NCBI RefSeq assembly: GCF_001194135.2
Contig: NC_068985.1
Coordinates: 31,232,513-31,296,512 of the forward strand
Length of the DNA: 64,000 nucleotides
Origin: Octopus bimaculoides
Lineage: Eukaryota
Direction of reading: 5' to 3'
The notes beneath the pieces are model-generated. The model searched no databases. It was not told the DNA's origin and was given only the letters and a program-made list of their open reading frames with translations. This document shows, one piece after another, positions 1-14,236 of this stretch. Positions within the stretch are counted from its first letter, which is position 1, and each line of letters begins with the position of its first letter. The position numbers were made by a program, and so were the translations under genes.

Positions 1-81
1 ACTGAAAATTTCTAGAATTCTGTATGAAAGCATTGGTACCACATTTACACTAATCTCTCTCTCTCTCTCTATCTATCTATC

Positions 82-114
<33 letters not shown>

Positions 115-139
115 GTATATAAGCATATGTATATTTATA

Positions 140-1152
140 TATATGCATAGCCTGGGCCAAGTTTAGAGAGCTCTTACCTCTGCTGGCGACAAAGGGACTC
201 TCACTCAAAGTAAAAGGCAGACTGTATGACGCATGTGTACGAACAGCCATGCTACATGGCAGTGAAACATGGGCTGTGACTGCTGAGGACATGCGTAAGC
301 TCGCAAGGAATGAAGCCAGTATGCTCCGCTGGATGTGTAATGTAAATGTGCATACCCATCAGAGTGTAAGTATCTTGAGAGAAAAGCTGAACATAAGAAG
401 CATCAGTTGTGGTGTGCAAGAGAGACGATTGCGCTGGTTTGGACATGTGGTGAGAATGAATGAGGATAGCTGCGTGAAAAAGTNNNNNNNNNNNNNNNNN
501 NNNNNNNNNNNNNNNNNNNNNNNNNNNNNNNNNNNNNNNNNNNNNNNNNNNNNNNNNNNNNNNNNNNNNNNNNNNNNNNNNNNNNNNNNNNNNNNNNNNN
601 NNNNNNNNNNNNNNNNNNNNNNNNNNNNNNNNNNNNNNNNNNNNNNNNNNNNNNNNNNNNNNNNNNNNNNNNNNNNNNNNNNNNNNNNNNNNNNNNNNNN
701 NNNNNNNNNNNNNNNNNNNNNNNNNNNNNNNNNNNNNNNNNNNNNNNNNNNNNNNNNNNNNNNNNNNNNNNNNNNNNNNNNNNNNNNNNNNNNNNNNNNN
801 NNNNNNNNNNNNNNNNNNNNNNNNNNNNNNNNNNNNNNNNNNNNNNNNNNNNNNNNNNNNNNNNNNNNNNNNNTGTAGGGTTTTCGAGCGAGATCGTTGC
901 CAGTGCCCCTGGACTGGCTCTTGTGCGGGTGGCACATAAAAGACACCATTTCGAGCGTGGCCGTTTTCGTGCGGGTGACACGTAAAAGCACCCACTACAC
1001 TCTCTGAGTGGTTGGCGTTAGGAAGGGCATCCAGCTGTAGAAACTCTGCCAAATTAGATTGGAGCCTGGTGTTGCCATCCGGTTTCACCAGTCCTCAGTC
1101 AAATCGTCCAACCCATGCTAGCATGGAAAGCGGACGTTAAACGATGATGATG
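140..1152 (+). mobile_element. 5'-truncated RTE-clade LINE (RT C-terminus, gap, 3' UTR with (GAT)n tail)
   Basis: ORF 249-483 reads MLHGSETWAVT...RNEASMLRWMC...RRLRWFGHVVRM, typical of the RTE RT C-terminal region; after the gap comes the common tail ccatgctagcatggaaagcggacgttaaacgatgatgatg that recurs elsewhere in the window. Confidence 0.85.
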
Positions 1153-1823
1153 TGTGTGTATATATATATGTACTTTGTTTTCGTACTTGGTTTGCAATAA
1201 TTTTTATGTGAATTCATGTGTTGAAACAAATTTTGTTATTAATAACACATGCACCAGTTCAATTCCACTCTTTTATTATTAGTCAATTGGTTAAATATCT
1301 ATCCAGCTAACTAATTGCTCGTTAAATAGTCAATCTTTTCTTTTTTCTTTTTTCGTTTGTCAAAGTTCTTTCATCAGTATTCACAATCTTTCAAGGACTA
1401 TCTCTTCCACTTCACTATGGAGGCCATTTGAGACCTTGCTGCTTGTATGTGTGTGTAGTTTAGGAGAGTAGGTAAGGGTACATGTACACACAAACCTGTT
1501 GGTCATCATCACCCTTACCTCTAGAGACAGTCACTGAAAATGTTGCAAATGGCAACAAAAGAACTCTGATAAACAAAATGCATATACATGGTGATTTGTG
1601 GGTTCTGTTTATCCCTGACAAATTCTGTTGACAAAGTTGAAGCTATAGTAAAAGCTATTTCCAAGTTGTTATGCAATGAGAGTGAACACATAACCATTTG
1701 GTTGCAAAGTGATCTGCTCAATCATGGTGCTAAACCTGTACCTGATGCCTTCTGTACAGTTTTCTTTTACTACATTTATGTTTTTTAATATAGTTATTGT
1801 TTTGTATTGTTATATTTGTTCAG

Positions 1824-3787
1824 CCTCACAAAAAAGAAAAATTAACCAACAGCAAATTGATGGCTTGACTAAAGAGGACTTTCGGAAAATTGGTGGGAGT
1901 GGCACGTAAGTAATTTTATGAAATGATAACAAAAGACCTGGAAGACTATTAGAAAAAATGGAAAGAAGATTAGCCATCTTTGAGCTACTGGTTAACCATA
2001 TTAATGAAAGAATATTTTGCAGAACAGTCAAAAAAAGCAGGGGTTTTTTTTCAGCTGTTTTGAATGTTTGTATGTGTACCTTCAGCAGTCCTAAGTATAT
2101 GAGCTACGCTCAGTTTTGAGTCTTGAGTCTTATAAAGGCTCACCAAATGATCAAAGCTGAAGTAGTTTCTGGTCCTGAAGGGGACCCATAATCTTTGCAA
2201 TGCAGTTTTGTCTTATATATCAGATAAGCATGAAAGATCAGAGATTGTGAAGCCTAGCATTTGTCATAACTTTGAGAGTTTTAGCCAAAGATTATAAAGA
2301 CTGTGTAATGTCTAAGTTGTATTTGAAGGTTTACAGAGAAGTGAAAGGGTGTATAAAAATACAGTAGCATGTATGGCAATAGTGAAAGTTTCATCAAAGT
2401 AGAGAGAAAAATGCAAGAGATGTAGGTAATTAACACTGAGGGAACACAACCATGTTTGCTGTATTGGAGCAATCTAACATGATACTTCTAATCCAGTAAA
2501 TAAGAGATGGAGGGAACAAATAAGCATTCAATTTAGCTAGTAGTTCACATACCAGACACAGTTGAATACTTTGTCAGTGCAACAACAATGCTTGCTTATA
2601 CTGAAGGTTTAAAGGAGAAACTACTGGTGTATGATAAGCAAGTCTCCAGTTAATCTAGGTATACAGAAACTGTGAAGGCACGTGGCTTAGTGGTTAGGGC
2701 ATTCAGCTCATGATCGTAAGGTTGTGAGTTCAATTCCCAACAAGGTGTTGTGTCCTTGAGCAAGACACTTTATTTCACATTGCTCCAGTCCACTCAGCTG
2801 ACAAAAATGAGTAGTACCTGTATTTCAAAGGGCCAGCCTTGTCACATTTTGAGTCATGCTGAATCTCCCTGAGAACTACGTTAAGGGTACACGTGTCTGT
2901 GGAGTGCTCTGCCACTTGCACGTTAATTTCACAAGCAAGCTGTTCCCTTGATCATATCAGCTGGGACTCTTGTCATCGTAACTGATGGAGTGCTTCTTTG
3001 TGGAGGCACAAAGGCCCAGTGGTTAGAGCAGCAGACTTGTGGTTTCGATTCTCAGACCGGGAGTTGGGAGTATTTATTGAGCGAAAACACCTAAAAGCTC
3101 CATGAGGCTCCAGCAGGGGGGTGTGGCGAACCCTGCTGTACTCATTCACCACAACTTTCTCTCGCTCTTTCTTCCTATTTCTGTTGTACCTGTATTTCAA
3201 AGAGCCAACCTTGTCTCACTCTGTGTCACACTGAATCTCCCCTAGAACTACATTAAGGATACACGTGTCTGTGGATTGCTCAGCCACTTGCACGTTAATT
3301 TCACAAGCAGGCTGTTCCGTTGATCGGATCAACTGGAACCCTCGTCGTTATAACCAACGGAGTGCCATGACAGAAACTGTATTGATGGTTACTGCGGAGA
3401 GAAAAGTTGGAGTTCTCACTTGGAATTTAGGAAATAAAGGTAGTGAGTGAACATTGTCATAGAGAAATTGCACTTCTTAGGAATGAAATACACAGTGTTT
3501 GTGAATTCGGGTAGATCTCTAGAGAAAGAATAAGATTGACGAGTATAGGTAAAATAGGAGTTAGCTCAGGATTGTGTTACTTGGAGTAACAGGAGTATCA
3601 TCAGCCTTGTTAGGCTTGAGTACTTGGGAAGTTTTATCTCTTTGTGACTATATACATGTAATGGTGATTTGTTGGAGCAAAAAGAACAATTCAGGAGAGG
3701 TCTTGTTGTATTGGCATTGTGAAATTGGAAACAAAATAGGTAATAGATGCTACTGATTTGTCTGTTTATGAGCATTCTGGAGGATAT

Positions 3788-3818
<31 letters not shown>

Positions 3819-6800
3819 TACCATCAACATCGTCAGTTGACATGTTTTCCATGCTGGCATAGGTTGGATGGTTTGACTGGAGCTGATAAGCTGGAGGGCA
3901 GCACCAGGCTCCAATTGTTTCTTTTGACATGGTTTCTACAGCAAGATATCCTTCCTAACACTCACCACTTTACAAAATGTGCTGGGTGCTTTTTACATGG
4001 AAGTGCTGCTATGAAAGGCTATTAAACATGAAAGAAAGAAGGTCCTTCCAATATGGACCCAACTACTCTAGTTGACAACAGTATGATTGATAAAACAATT
4101 GAAGACATGAGGACAGGGTAAGTCCCTGCTCTGTAACAAAACACTGCTTAAAATATCTGGCAGAGTAGGATACAGCCTGGTCACCCATATGATTAATCAG
4201 GTTATATATGAAGATGTCACACACAGACTGGTGTAGCAGCTTTATAGTCTGTTGTTACAAAGGTAAATGAGATACTTTGCAGAGGTATGAAATTACTGAA
4301 CCAAATCATGAAAATTAAGAGTTATAGTCCAATTAATGAAGAGCAGGATTAGGTAAGATGATATGCAGTTTGGTTTTGTGCCAGGAATAAGTATATAGCT
4401 AAAAGTAAGCCATTGCATGTGGCGTTTGTCAACCTGAAGAAAGCCTTCAACTGAGTACCTCATTCTATAATCCAGTGGTTTCTGAAGAAGCTAGAAATAG
4501 ACAAATGGCTTATGAAAGCCGCATAAGTCGTGTACAGTGGTGCTATCAGTAAGGTGAGTTAGCTATGTGTACAGCAACAAATTTTAAATACAGGCTGAGG
4601 TTCAGTCTCATTGTTGTCATCCAGGCCATAACAGAGGAATTCAAGACTGGCCATATGCTGATGACCTCGTTCTTATAGTAGAATTTGAAAAGAAATTCCA
4701 AGTGTAGAAGCAAAACCTGATATCTATGGGCTTAGTAAGGACCAAAGTTCAAACAAGGAGAAGAACCGACAGGATTCCACCCCCATCAAGTCAGTAGCCC
4801 TGCTCAATATGTAGAAAAATTGTTGACAGGAATTCCATATGGTGCAAAATATGGACACACAAGAGATGCAGTGTAATTACAGGAAGGTTTGCAGAGTAAG
4901 TAGTTTTTGTATGTGGAAGATGTGCAGGAGCTATAAACGCTGAGAACACATAGGAAATAGATTTATACACACATATACCATCAAGTCTGGAGTTGAAGAT
5001 ATATGTAATATTACCTTTGAAGGTACTGAAGAACCTCATTGTAATAAGCTATCTAATAAGCAGCAGAGAACAGGCTTGAAAATCTAACTTTACTAAGTTT
5101 TTAAAAACTGGTGTTGGATGGTATAAACCCATATTTATGAAGTCTCTTTTGTTAGACATTTTAAAGGGTTTGAGAAAACAGTACATCTGGTGAGAAAGCT
5201 TTAGATTATTAGTTCTGGGTGAGTGTAGAAAGAGTTTGTCCAGATCTGGATGACATATTTTTTTCACTAATATGCAATGCTGAAAGGTATTATAACATGT
5301 TCTATAATTGTGTGTGCATTTAAGTTCTTTAGTAATTTGCCTTCATATATGATTGTGTAATATATCATGATAGAAGAGCATCATAGCATCAAGAAGTTCC
5401 AAAGTTGCTGTGATTCCATGTAAACAGTCAATGTTTTAAATTGTAATTTCATTATTAGCCAGTTTTATGAATTATTGTATTGGTTTTATTACAGTTGTCT
5501 TCATGAAGCTGCAGAAAATAATAATGTATATTTATTGGAGGCTTTGCTAAAACAGTTGGATAAGTTGCAGTTTAAACAACATATCATTAACTTCAGAAAC
5601 AATTACGAACAGGTAAATCTTTTATTCAATTATAATTTCCAATCCTCTTATGCTTCTCAAATGTAAGTGTAGATATATTGCAAATATTATTCTTTTAGAT
5701 GCTATTAGTTGTCTCTGATTGTTAATATTTCTAACAATCCCAATATAAAATTATTTGCCATAGAAATGATCTCAATGTTGTGGTTTAACCTTATGTAGTA
5801 CTTGTTTTGAAACAGTGAGATGTGATTTGAGAAGTGAAGGCATGTGACCTAACGGTTAAGGAGTTGTACTCATGATCACAAGATTGGTTTTGATTCCTGA
5901 ACTGGGTGGTGCATTGATGCCATGGAAACTAGGTAATTGGTCCTAAGAATCTTAGGATTGAAGACAGAAATCTCCAGGGTTTATGATATAATGATGTGAT
6001 TTGAGAGAGATTTTGTTACTTTTCTAACGAGTTGAGTGAGCTTGTAATGATACCCTTATTGATTCTTTCATATCTAATATTTTAGTATGGTAAATTGGAT
6101 TTGAAAATGGTAGTTTCAATTACAGCATTACTGACATTAACCCTTTAGCATTCAGATTATTGTCAAATGTAATGTTTATTTATTCACATTGTTTTGAATT
6201 AATCATGCGTTATCTTGTAGCTAAGAGAATTTGATGATGTGATTGTTTATTTCTAGAATGACATTGTAGGGTAGATGTGAGAGATCCGGTCTGTCCTGTT
6301 TAAATATAAAACAGGTAAATATTTTGACCAGATATGATTGGTTTAAATGCTACTGATGTGATAAGAGAAAAAATGATTGCCTTATAAGCCATTGGGATCA
6401 TTACTTGTATGTGGTATGTATTTATAGCTAGATAGTCTCAGTAATTCAGAGTTAAATATATATTCTAAAGATACAGTTTAGTACTTGTCATACCAATTAT
6501 TAATGTATTACCTGAGAAATGTACAACATGCCAATTCAGCTGGCTGTAATTCTACAAAGTAATCCCATCAAAATATTGTTTAGAGCTTTTAATAAAAGAT
6601 GTATTGTATCATGACTGCACCTTAAATAAATGTATTTGTCTGCTACCTTAAAAAAATTTTAAGGTTTACAGTTTGTATAACTATATCAGTTAGTTATCTT
6701 TTATCTTTTACTTGTTTCAGTCATTGAACTGGGGCACCACTTTGAAGGATTTATTTAAACAAAGCAACCTCAGTACTAATCTTTTAAATCTGGTACTTCT

Positions 6801-9800
6801 ATCAGCCACTTTGCTGAACCACTAAGTTACAGGGGATGTAAATAAACCAACACCAGTTTTCATGCAAGGTGGGTGGGAGAAAACACAAAGACACATACAC
6901 ATGTAAACATATACGTATATATATATTTATTTGTCCCACCCATGCTAGCATGGATGGCAGACATTGAACAATGATGATGATGTATGTGTGTGTGTGTGTG
7001 TGTATCATGGGCTTCCACACAGTTTCACAAGGTGTAAAGTCAGCCCAAGGCTGCAATAGAAGATACTTGCCCAACATGCCATGCAGTGGGGCTGAACCTG
7101 AAACCTCATGGTTAGAAAGTGAGCTTAGTTGCATCTAACTGATTTTTTTTTAAATTCCATTGTATATTCACTTTCCCATGCTAGCCTGAGTGGGGTATTT
7201 TTATTTTTGTAGGAAAAAATCTTTTTTGCAGATAGATGTCCTGGAAATCAAGTAAATTGGATTGTATCAAGTAGCATGTGTTTTACACAAGAACATAATA
7301 TAATAGCTGTAGTAAGAATTGGACTTAGGATTAACCCCAACGATTGTTGTTCTTGTCTAGAATATTTATCTAGATATTGGTAATTGGTAATGTTATCAAA
7401 TTATATTGTTTCAATGCAACCAAACTGTAATGCTACACTTGACATCTTGTAACATCTGACTTATTTCACTGTTTCAGACTGCACTTCATTTGGCTGTGAT
7501 AAAAAATTTTCCAAGTATGGTTCATATTTTAATAAAACATGGAGCTGACGTCAACATATTAGCAAAAGTAAAAATCTGACTTTTAATTCCTAAAATTAAT
7601 TTACATTATCCATAAAAATCAGTATTTTTCTTACCATAAGGTGATATACAAAATATTTCTCTTCTGTATATTACTAAATAATAATACCATATTGATTTCC
7701 TAACACTGGTTTGATGTTTCAGATTTATCAAATATTAAAATAGTGTTGACGGAGAATCAAAAGTTGAATCCTGTATCTAAATTAGACTATATGAGTCTAT
7801 AAGAATCTACTTCTTTTCTGAGATATTCTAGACTAATCCTTTATTAAAGTGAAAATTCAGATATTCATTTAAAATAAACTTACTTTTTTTTCTATTTGCC
7901 ACCTATTTATTCATAATCATGTGGATGATATAGATTATACAAACTTAGACATATACATACTGTTGTATATATTGTTTTTCTTTTCATTTTATAACATTTT
8001 TTTGTTATTAGTAACCACTCAAATGTGAAGTGAAATTAGGAAGACTTGAGTCATGCAGTGTTATGTGCTTTGCTCTGAGTACAAAACAGTAGATGTCAAT
8101 AGTTTACTACTACAGATATTATGCTTTGTGTCATATTCTGTAGATATTTTTAATCATTACATCCTGTCAGTTTAAATTCATCCACCAAATATTTTTTATT
8201 TCATATCCATAAATACTTTCTCCATGCCTTCTTACTACTTTCTATAATTTTTTTCAGAGCTGTCAGGAAGACAGTTCAAAATTTGAAGCCCCTCTTCATC
8301 TGGCTGCCTCCAAACTAAAAAGAACATTAGTGAAAGAACTTTTAACAGCCAAAGACATTGATTTAGATCTCAAGAACTCAGATGGTAATGGAAACCTTTG
8401 TTTATTTTTTTTTTTTTCATTTTCATCTTCAAGTCCTTATTCAAATTTGATTTCAGTTTAATATTTTCATATGTAGGCGATATCTATCATCATCTTCATC
8501 ATCAATTTTTCTCTGATCATATTTTCCCATACAATCATGTATTGAACTTTACAACTTTCCATGCATCTCAGTTCTATATCATTTCAAATGTGATACTTAA
8601 TTTTCTCAAATATGAAATATTTCTTTGAGTAGGCACAGGCATGACTGTGATAAGAAGTTCAATCCCTACTGTAGCATCTTGGACAAGTATTGCCTGCATC
8701 TGTGTGGCATCTTGGACAAGTATTGCCTGCCATAGCTTCAGGCTGACCAAAGCCTTGTGAGTGGATTTGGTAGATGGAAACTGAAAGAAGTTTGTTGTAC
8801 ATATACATGCATGTGTGTGTTTGTGTGTCTTTGTTTTGACAGCATGTGTTAGTTGCAAATGAGTGTCATTGTCATAGAACCAGTCTCATTTGTTTCCAGT
8901 ATTCTGCAATGGGGAAACAGGTGAAAGTTGGTGACAAGAAAGTCAAATTGACTAGAAAATTTTCCTTAATATGCTCGATATAATTGATCATAATTGACTG
9001 ATTTCTTTACAAAAGTAACCTGAAACATTTTTTGTGGGACAAGCCATTGTAGTTCAGGCTTCTGTTGCTGGAACCCACTTGATACAACCTTCAGGCATCA
9101 GTCTGCTCACTGGCAGTGTTGGGTGTGGTCGTACTGCCACATGGTGTGTCTTTGTTTTGCAGTGCTTCTTCCCTGTTTGTCAATTTTTGTGGTGGCTGAA
9201 ATGAAAGAACATTGTGCTTCTGCAAAATTCTGTTTTCTGCTGGGGAAATAGATGGCCAAAACAGTTGTCCTGCTTCAGATAGCTTGCAAGGCCGCTGCCA
9301 TGAACAAAACACAAGTTTACAAGTGATTTTCATGCTTTAGGAATGATTACTTGTTTGAGGACTAACATCATTCAGGGCAACCATAAACCTCCTGAACAAA
9401 TGAAAACATGAAAATTCATGAACTGATCTTAGAGGACTGTCACGCACAATTGACAANNNNNNNNNNNNNNNNNNNNNNNNNNNNNNNNNNNNNNNNNNNN
9501 NNNNNNNNNNNNNNNNNNNNNNNNNNNNNNNNNNNNNNNNNNNNNNNNNNNNNNNNNNNNNNNNNNNNNNNNNNNNNNNNNNNNNNNNNNNNNNNNNNNN
9601 NNNNNNNNNNNNNNNNNNNNNNNNNNNNNNNNNNNNNNNNNNNNNNNNNNNNNNNNNNNNNNNNNNNNNNNNNNNNNNNNNNNNNNNNNNNNNNNNNNNN
9701 NNNNNNNNNNNNNNNNNNNNNNNNNNNNNNNNNNNNNNNNNNNNNNNNNNNNNNNNNNNNNNNNNNNNNNNNNNNNNNNNNNNNNNNNNNNNNNNNNNNN

Positions 9801-10726
9801 NNNNNNNNNNNNNNNNNNNNNNNNNNNNNNNNNNNNNNNNNNGGGAAAAAGAAAAGGGAGAGACAAAAAGAGGGTATGGGGAAGAGGGAGAGACAAAAAG
9901 AGGGTATGGGGAAGAGGGAGAGACAAAAAGAGGGTATGGGGAAGAGGGAGAGACAAAAAGAGGGTATGGGGAAGAGGGAGAGTACTGTGTCTTAAGTCTA
10001 TAAAATTGTGCATAAATTATATAAAGTGTATATATGAAGTGCATTAAGTAATCATCATATTCCAATTTCCTTCACTTTTCAATGAGTAGCAGCTGAGTCA
10101 TTATCTTTTTATGCAAATACAACACAGGGTACACTTTCAGATTTTCTGGATAAAGTTTTCAGAAATAACCAAATAAGTTTACCAATAATTCTGAGAATAT
10201 ATTCATGGATCCCACTAGTTATGAATGGAGCTACTTTTTAGCTTGATGTTTCTGAGGTTTGTTTTTCTTTTTAATAAAAGGTAAATTACATCATGTATCC
10301 ATTGTACTTTTGGCTTGACCATTTGAATTTGGATTTTATGTATGATATATTTTACTTACAGGTCAGACTGCACTTCATTGTGCCGTTCAAACTCCTCATT
10401 CAACTGGGACAGACAAGACTTTCATAATCAGTAAACTCATTAAAATGAATGCAAATCCATCATGTAAGGTACAGATAGATCTTTAATATCTTGTATTTCT
10501 TTTGACTGTTGAAATTAGGTATAAACCATTCCAACATTCAAACACAATGCTAATTTGGAATTTAAAAAAAAAAAGGTTTTCCTATAAATTTTCTTTTTTT
10601 CCTTTTAAACAGTTTTCCATGCTGACATGGACAATATGATATTAGGAAAGCTAAACATTTTGCAAGTGTGGCCATGTGGTAAGAAACTTGCTTTCCAACC
10701 ACATGGTTCCGAATTCNNNNNNNNNN

Positions 10727-10763
<37 letters not shown>

Positions 10764-12115
10764 AACACATACACGTGTGTATGTCATTGTGTTTACGTCC
10801 TCATAACTTAGCAGTTTACCAAAGGAGACTGATAGAATAAATACTAAGCTTTACAAAAAAATAAGTACTGGAGTCAATTGATTTAACTAAAAATTCTTGA
10901 AAGCAGTGCCCAGCATGGCTTCAGTCTTATGTGACTGAAACATGTAAAAGATAAGATTTGTATCTTAGAGCAAATATTTGTACAAGTGAATTACCTTCCC
11001 ATTATTCAGCTGTAGTAAAAGAGGAGAGGAACGAGTAAGAATTGGAACTCATTATGACCATGTGAACAATAATTCAGCATTTTAATTTCACAATTCTACA
11101 TATGGTACTGAATTCCATTATGCTCAAATAAACTTTGCCCCAATTATGTTTATTGCAATTAAATTTCTTTTTTTTAAATCCTGTTCTTTAACATGAATGA
11201 TTGGATTAAAATTCAACTCATCAAATTAATAAAACATACTGGTTAGCGAGCTCATGCTATTTACAGTTATGAGCTGTACCATTCCATATTTACTGCTGGT
11301 GTAAGTCTAACATTTAGTCATACACTAATTACAGTATAGCTCATTGGTTACAAATGTTTACCATTCAGTTGGAAATTCATTCAACTCCATTACTGAATAA
11401 CCATAACAAATAACTTCATTTTGAGAACCTATAAACTAAAGCAATAATGTGAGGAGTGATTTCAGCAAGAAATTAGTGTGACATTTAGTTTAATGGTAAA
11501 ATTAATTACTTTAATAGCTAAACATTAATATAAAAGATGAAAACACTATTAATTTTATAACAATGTATTACAAGTTAACCATTTCCGGATCCTATTTGTA
11601 CTAACTTAGAAAGAATCAAGAATTCAATTGTGTTTAGTGAAATATTACCTGTAGTATCATAGGTAACTTTGAAAGTATATTTTATCAAATTTCTTAGTGC
11701 CTATATATAATGAAAGAAATACTAATTTTTATATGTAGGGCTTTGTGATGTCTTGGTTAATTTATACTCAAGCTATTCTAAGATCCGTGAAATCTTTTCA
11801 CTATCAGCTGGAAAAGAATTCATTTAAATCTTCTCATCATCTTCTGTTCTTTTCCAGGATAAAGAACAAGGCAAGAATATTTTGATGTATGCCATAGAAT
11901 TTTGTGATTATGATGTCATTAGTGTTATTCTGAAGACTGCATCATGGGAACATATTAAAAAAATGCTGACAGATAAATCTGACAAAGGAGAGACCTGCTT
12001 GACTCTTGTAAATGCTTTTGATAAAGATCATGAATCATTTTCCAAACAATGCAAATTGGTGCAAACCTTGCAAGACTACCACAAAAAGGTAGTTGGAGAA
12101 CTACAAGGTAAATAA
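1824..12115 (+). CDS. IkappaB-family (IkBzeta/Bcl-3-like) ankyrin-repeat protein, 5' part upstream of the window
   Basis: Six GT-AG exons in consistent phase: 1824-1905, 5495-5612, 7478-7567, 8258-8384, 10362-10468, 11858-12115 (TAA). Translation includes GTCLHEAAENNNVYLLEALL, EQTALHLAVIKNFPSMVHILIKHGADVN, EAPLHLAASK, DLDLKNSDGQTALHCAVQ, SKLIKMNANPSCKDKEQGKNILMYAIE; the last two resemble the IkBzeta segments DLEATNYDGLTPLHCAV and LIQMGAAVEAKDRKSGRTALHLA as I recall them. Ankyrin call is firm, IkB subfamily less so. Confidence 0.85.
2673..2993 (+). mobile_element. tRNA-derived CORE-type SINE
   Basis: A box tggcttagtgg, B box gagttcaattcc, then CORE-like gtgtccttgagcaagacactt and a 3' body shared with other copies (3200-3367, 35460-35650). 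Confidence 0.75.
3002..3367 (+). mobile_element. tRNA-derived SINE, second copy immediately downstream
   Basis: Head ggcccagtggttagagcagc...ggtttcgattc; 3' half nearly identical to the preceding SINE (gtacctgtatttcaaag...cacttgcacgttaatttcacaagcag). Confidence 0.7.
4010..5050 (+). mobile_element. Degenerate RTE LINE RT fragment
   Basis: Frameshifted RT motifs: AFVNLKKAFN (4422-4451), catatgctgatgacc (YADD, ~4652), C-terminal WCKI-WTHKRCS-like zinc region. Confidence 0.65.
9843..9982. repeat. 30-bp purine-rich minisatellite
   Basis: About 4.5 copies of gagacaaaaagagggtatggggaagaggga running into the adjacent N gap. Confidence 0.9.
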
Positions 12116-12988
12116 GTTTCATATTGTCATTATTTCCTATAAGAACGGAAGTACATTTACAAATAAGATGGTGAATTAGCAGAATCATCAGAACATTGGA
12201 CAAAATGCCTTACACTATTTGTTTCAGCTTTCTACGTTGAGTTCAAATCCTACTAAGGTCAACTTTGCCTGTCATTCTTCTGAGATTAATAAAATAAAGT
12301 ACCAGTCAAAATACTGGGTCAATATAATCACTTGTTCCTCTCTCCAAAAATTTCTGGAAATTATAAAATTAGTAGTTTAGCCGAATCAGTAGTGTCAAAT
12401 AAAATGTCCTGCAACTACTTGTTCTTAGTTCAAATCCTAAGTTCTACTTTGCCTATCGTCTTTTCGAAATCAATAAAATAAAGATCAGTTCAGGGTGGTG
12501 AATTGGGGAAAATTTTAAGGTCATAGGTCATAATATGGGTGGTAGACTTAATCTATCACTCTGTTTAAGACTAACACTTGACCCTTGAGCACTTTTAACA
12601 AAATCTTCTCTAGTGTAAGCATTTAGGCTATGTCTCTACTCAGAAGATAACTTCCTTTCTCTCACCAATCGTGTCAGCTCTAAAAAATGGTAATTGATAA
12701 AGCCATTAAAAAAAAAAAAGATGTAGTGTTACACATGGTCATGGTCAGAATGCTTTTGATCATAAGGCTGTTCTGTCATAGTTTCCTTGCAGCTATTTCT
12801 AGTTGTTCAGTTACCTAAGGTTCATCATGTATGAGCAGGAACAAACTGAACGCTAATATTGCTGCCATACAGAATATACTTCCACCAATAGACCTTCTCA
12901 CATGGCCACTCAAAGTACTAGATACAGTAGCCATATTTCTTTGAAATTACACAATATTGTTTAAAATACAACAAAAAATATGTATATA

Positions 12989-14236
12989 CAGAGTGGTAAG
13001 ATATTTGAAGACAGATTTATGCTTAAAAAAAAAAACAGATATAATAACAGATAACTTTATTTATCAAAAAATGTTATGAGGATAAAAATAAACCTTCTTT
13101 TCTATAATGTTATTCAATAAAGCCACCTTCAGCTTCAACAACTGCTTCTATATGAGATCTAAATCATCTACGTGCTTGAATTAAGTGGTCCTGGTTCATT
13201 TTAGACATTACTCTGACTATGGCAGCTTTCAAAGAATCTTTGGTGTTACGGGTGTTGACTTCTCCCTCAACAATGCTCCACATATAATAGTCCAATGGAT
13301 TGAGATCTGGGGAATTAAGAGGCCAAATGTTAGGGATTATGTGATTGTGAAAATTTTTAGCCATCCATTCCTGTGCTACTAGAGCCATGTGTGATAGTGC
13401 AGTCTTACTGAAACTCATATGGCCTTCCATTGCATACACTGTCTATCCAGGGCTTAACAATTATTTCCAAGACCTCAATGTAGGCAGCAGTGTTAACTCT
13501 AAGGCCCTGTGGAAAGAAGTAAGGAGGCATCACATGTCCTTCATTGCTGAAAACCTCTAAAACCATGATAGTTGCAGGGAATTTTGTATGCATAACACTT
13601 GGAACTTCAGGAGGATCTGCACATAACCATCTGTCATATCTTCTGTTAACTTTTTGATCTTGGTTGAAGTTCTTCTCTTGAGAAAAACCAAATCAAATCC
13701 TCTTCTGCTGCATTTTTCAGTTTAAGAGCCTTTTAGATCTGATGTAGTGATTTTCTTTTGCTTTTTCTGATAAAGTGACCTTTCCTCATCATATAAGACT
13801 TGTATCTGATGTCTTCGTGGATAACATTTCTGACTGTTCCTTCTGAGACATGGAGATCTTTTGCAATTGACCTGATGGACTTTCTGGGATTATAATCAAT
13901 GGTCTGTTGAACTTACTGGATAAATTCAGGCGCTTTGATGATTTCAGAGTGTTTAGAATGTTTTTTTATGTTTTGCTACTGGTGATAAGTTTCCATCTTC
14001 AGTCTCTAGCTCCTTGCAAACTTTGTAGACAAAAGATCTGGCAACTTTTAAAAATTGAGATATTTCTAAATCACTATGCTCAGCCTTTATAGCCACAATA
14101 ACAGCATGCCTCTTCATTCCTTGAGTAAGCTGAGGGTCTGCCATTATTATTTTCTGAAACAAAGATTATACAGAGTAAGCAAAAAATGCAGCAATGACCC
14201 AAAAAAGGTATATCCTCAAATACCTTATGCACCTTG
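12989..14236 (-). mobile_element. maT (DD37D)-like Tc1/mariner transposon, pseudogenised
   Basis: Degenerate TIR pair (cagagtggtaagatatttgaaga / caaggtgcataaggtatttgagga) flanked by TA; minus-strand fragments MKRHAVIVAIKAEHSDLEIS (HTH), PATIMVLEVFSNEGHVMPP, WMAKNFHNHIIPNIWPLNSPDLNPLDYYMW; D37D spacing is inferred across a frameshift. Confidence 0.85.

Noticed and set aside
252-1088. Recurrent ORF MKPDGNTRLQS.LAEF... (also 19894 and 37515)
   Set aside because: Antisense reading of the RTE 3' UTR repeat, not a gene.
1588-1788. ORF just upstream of the first ankyrin exon
   Set aside because: No convincing splice sites or homology; not included in the gene model.
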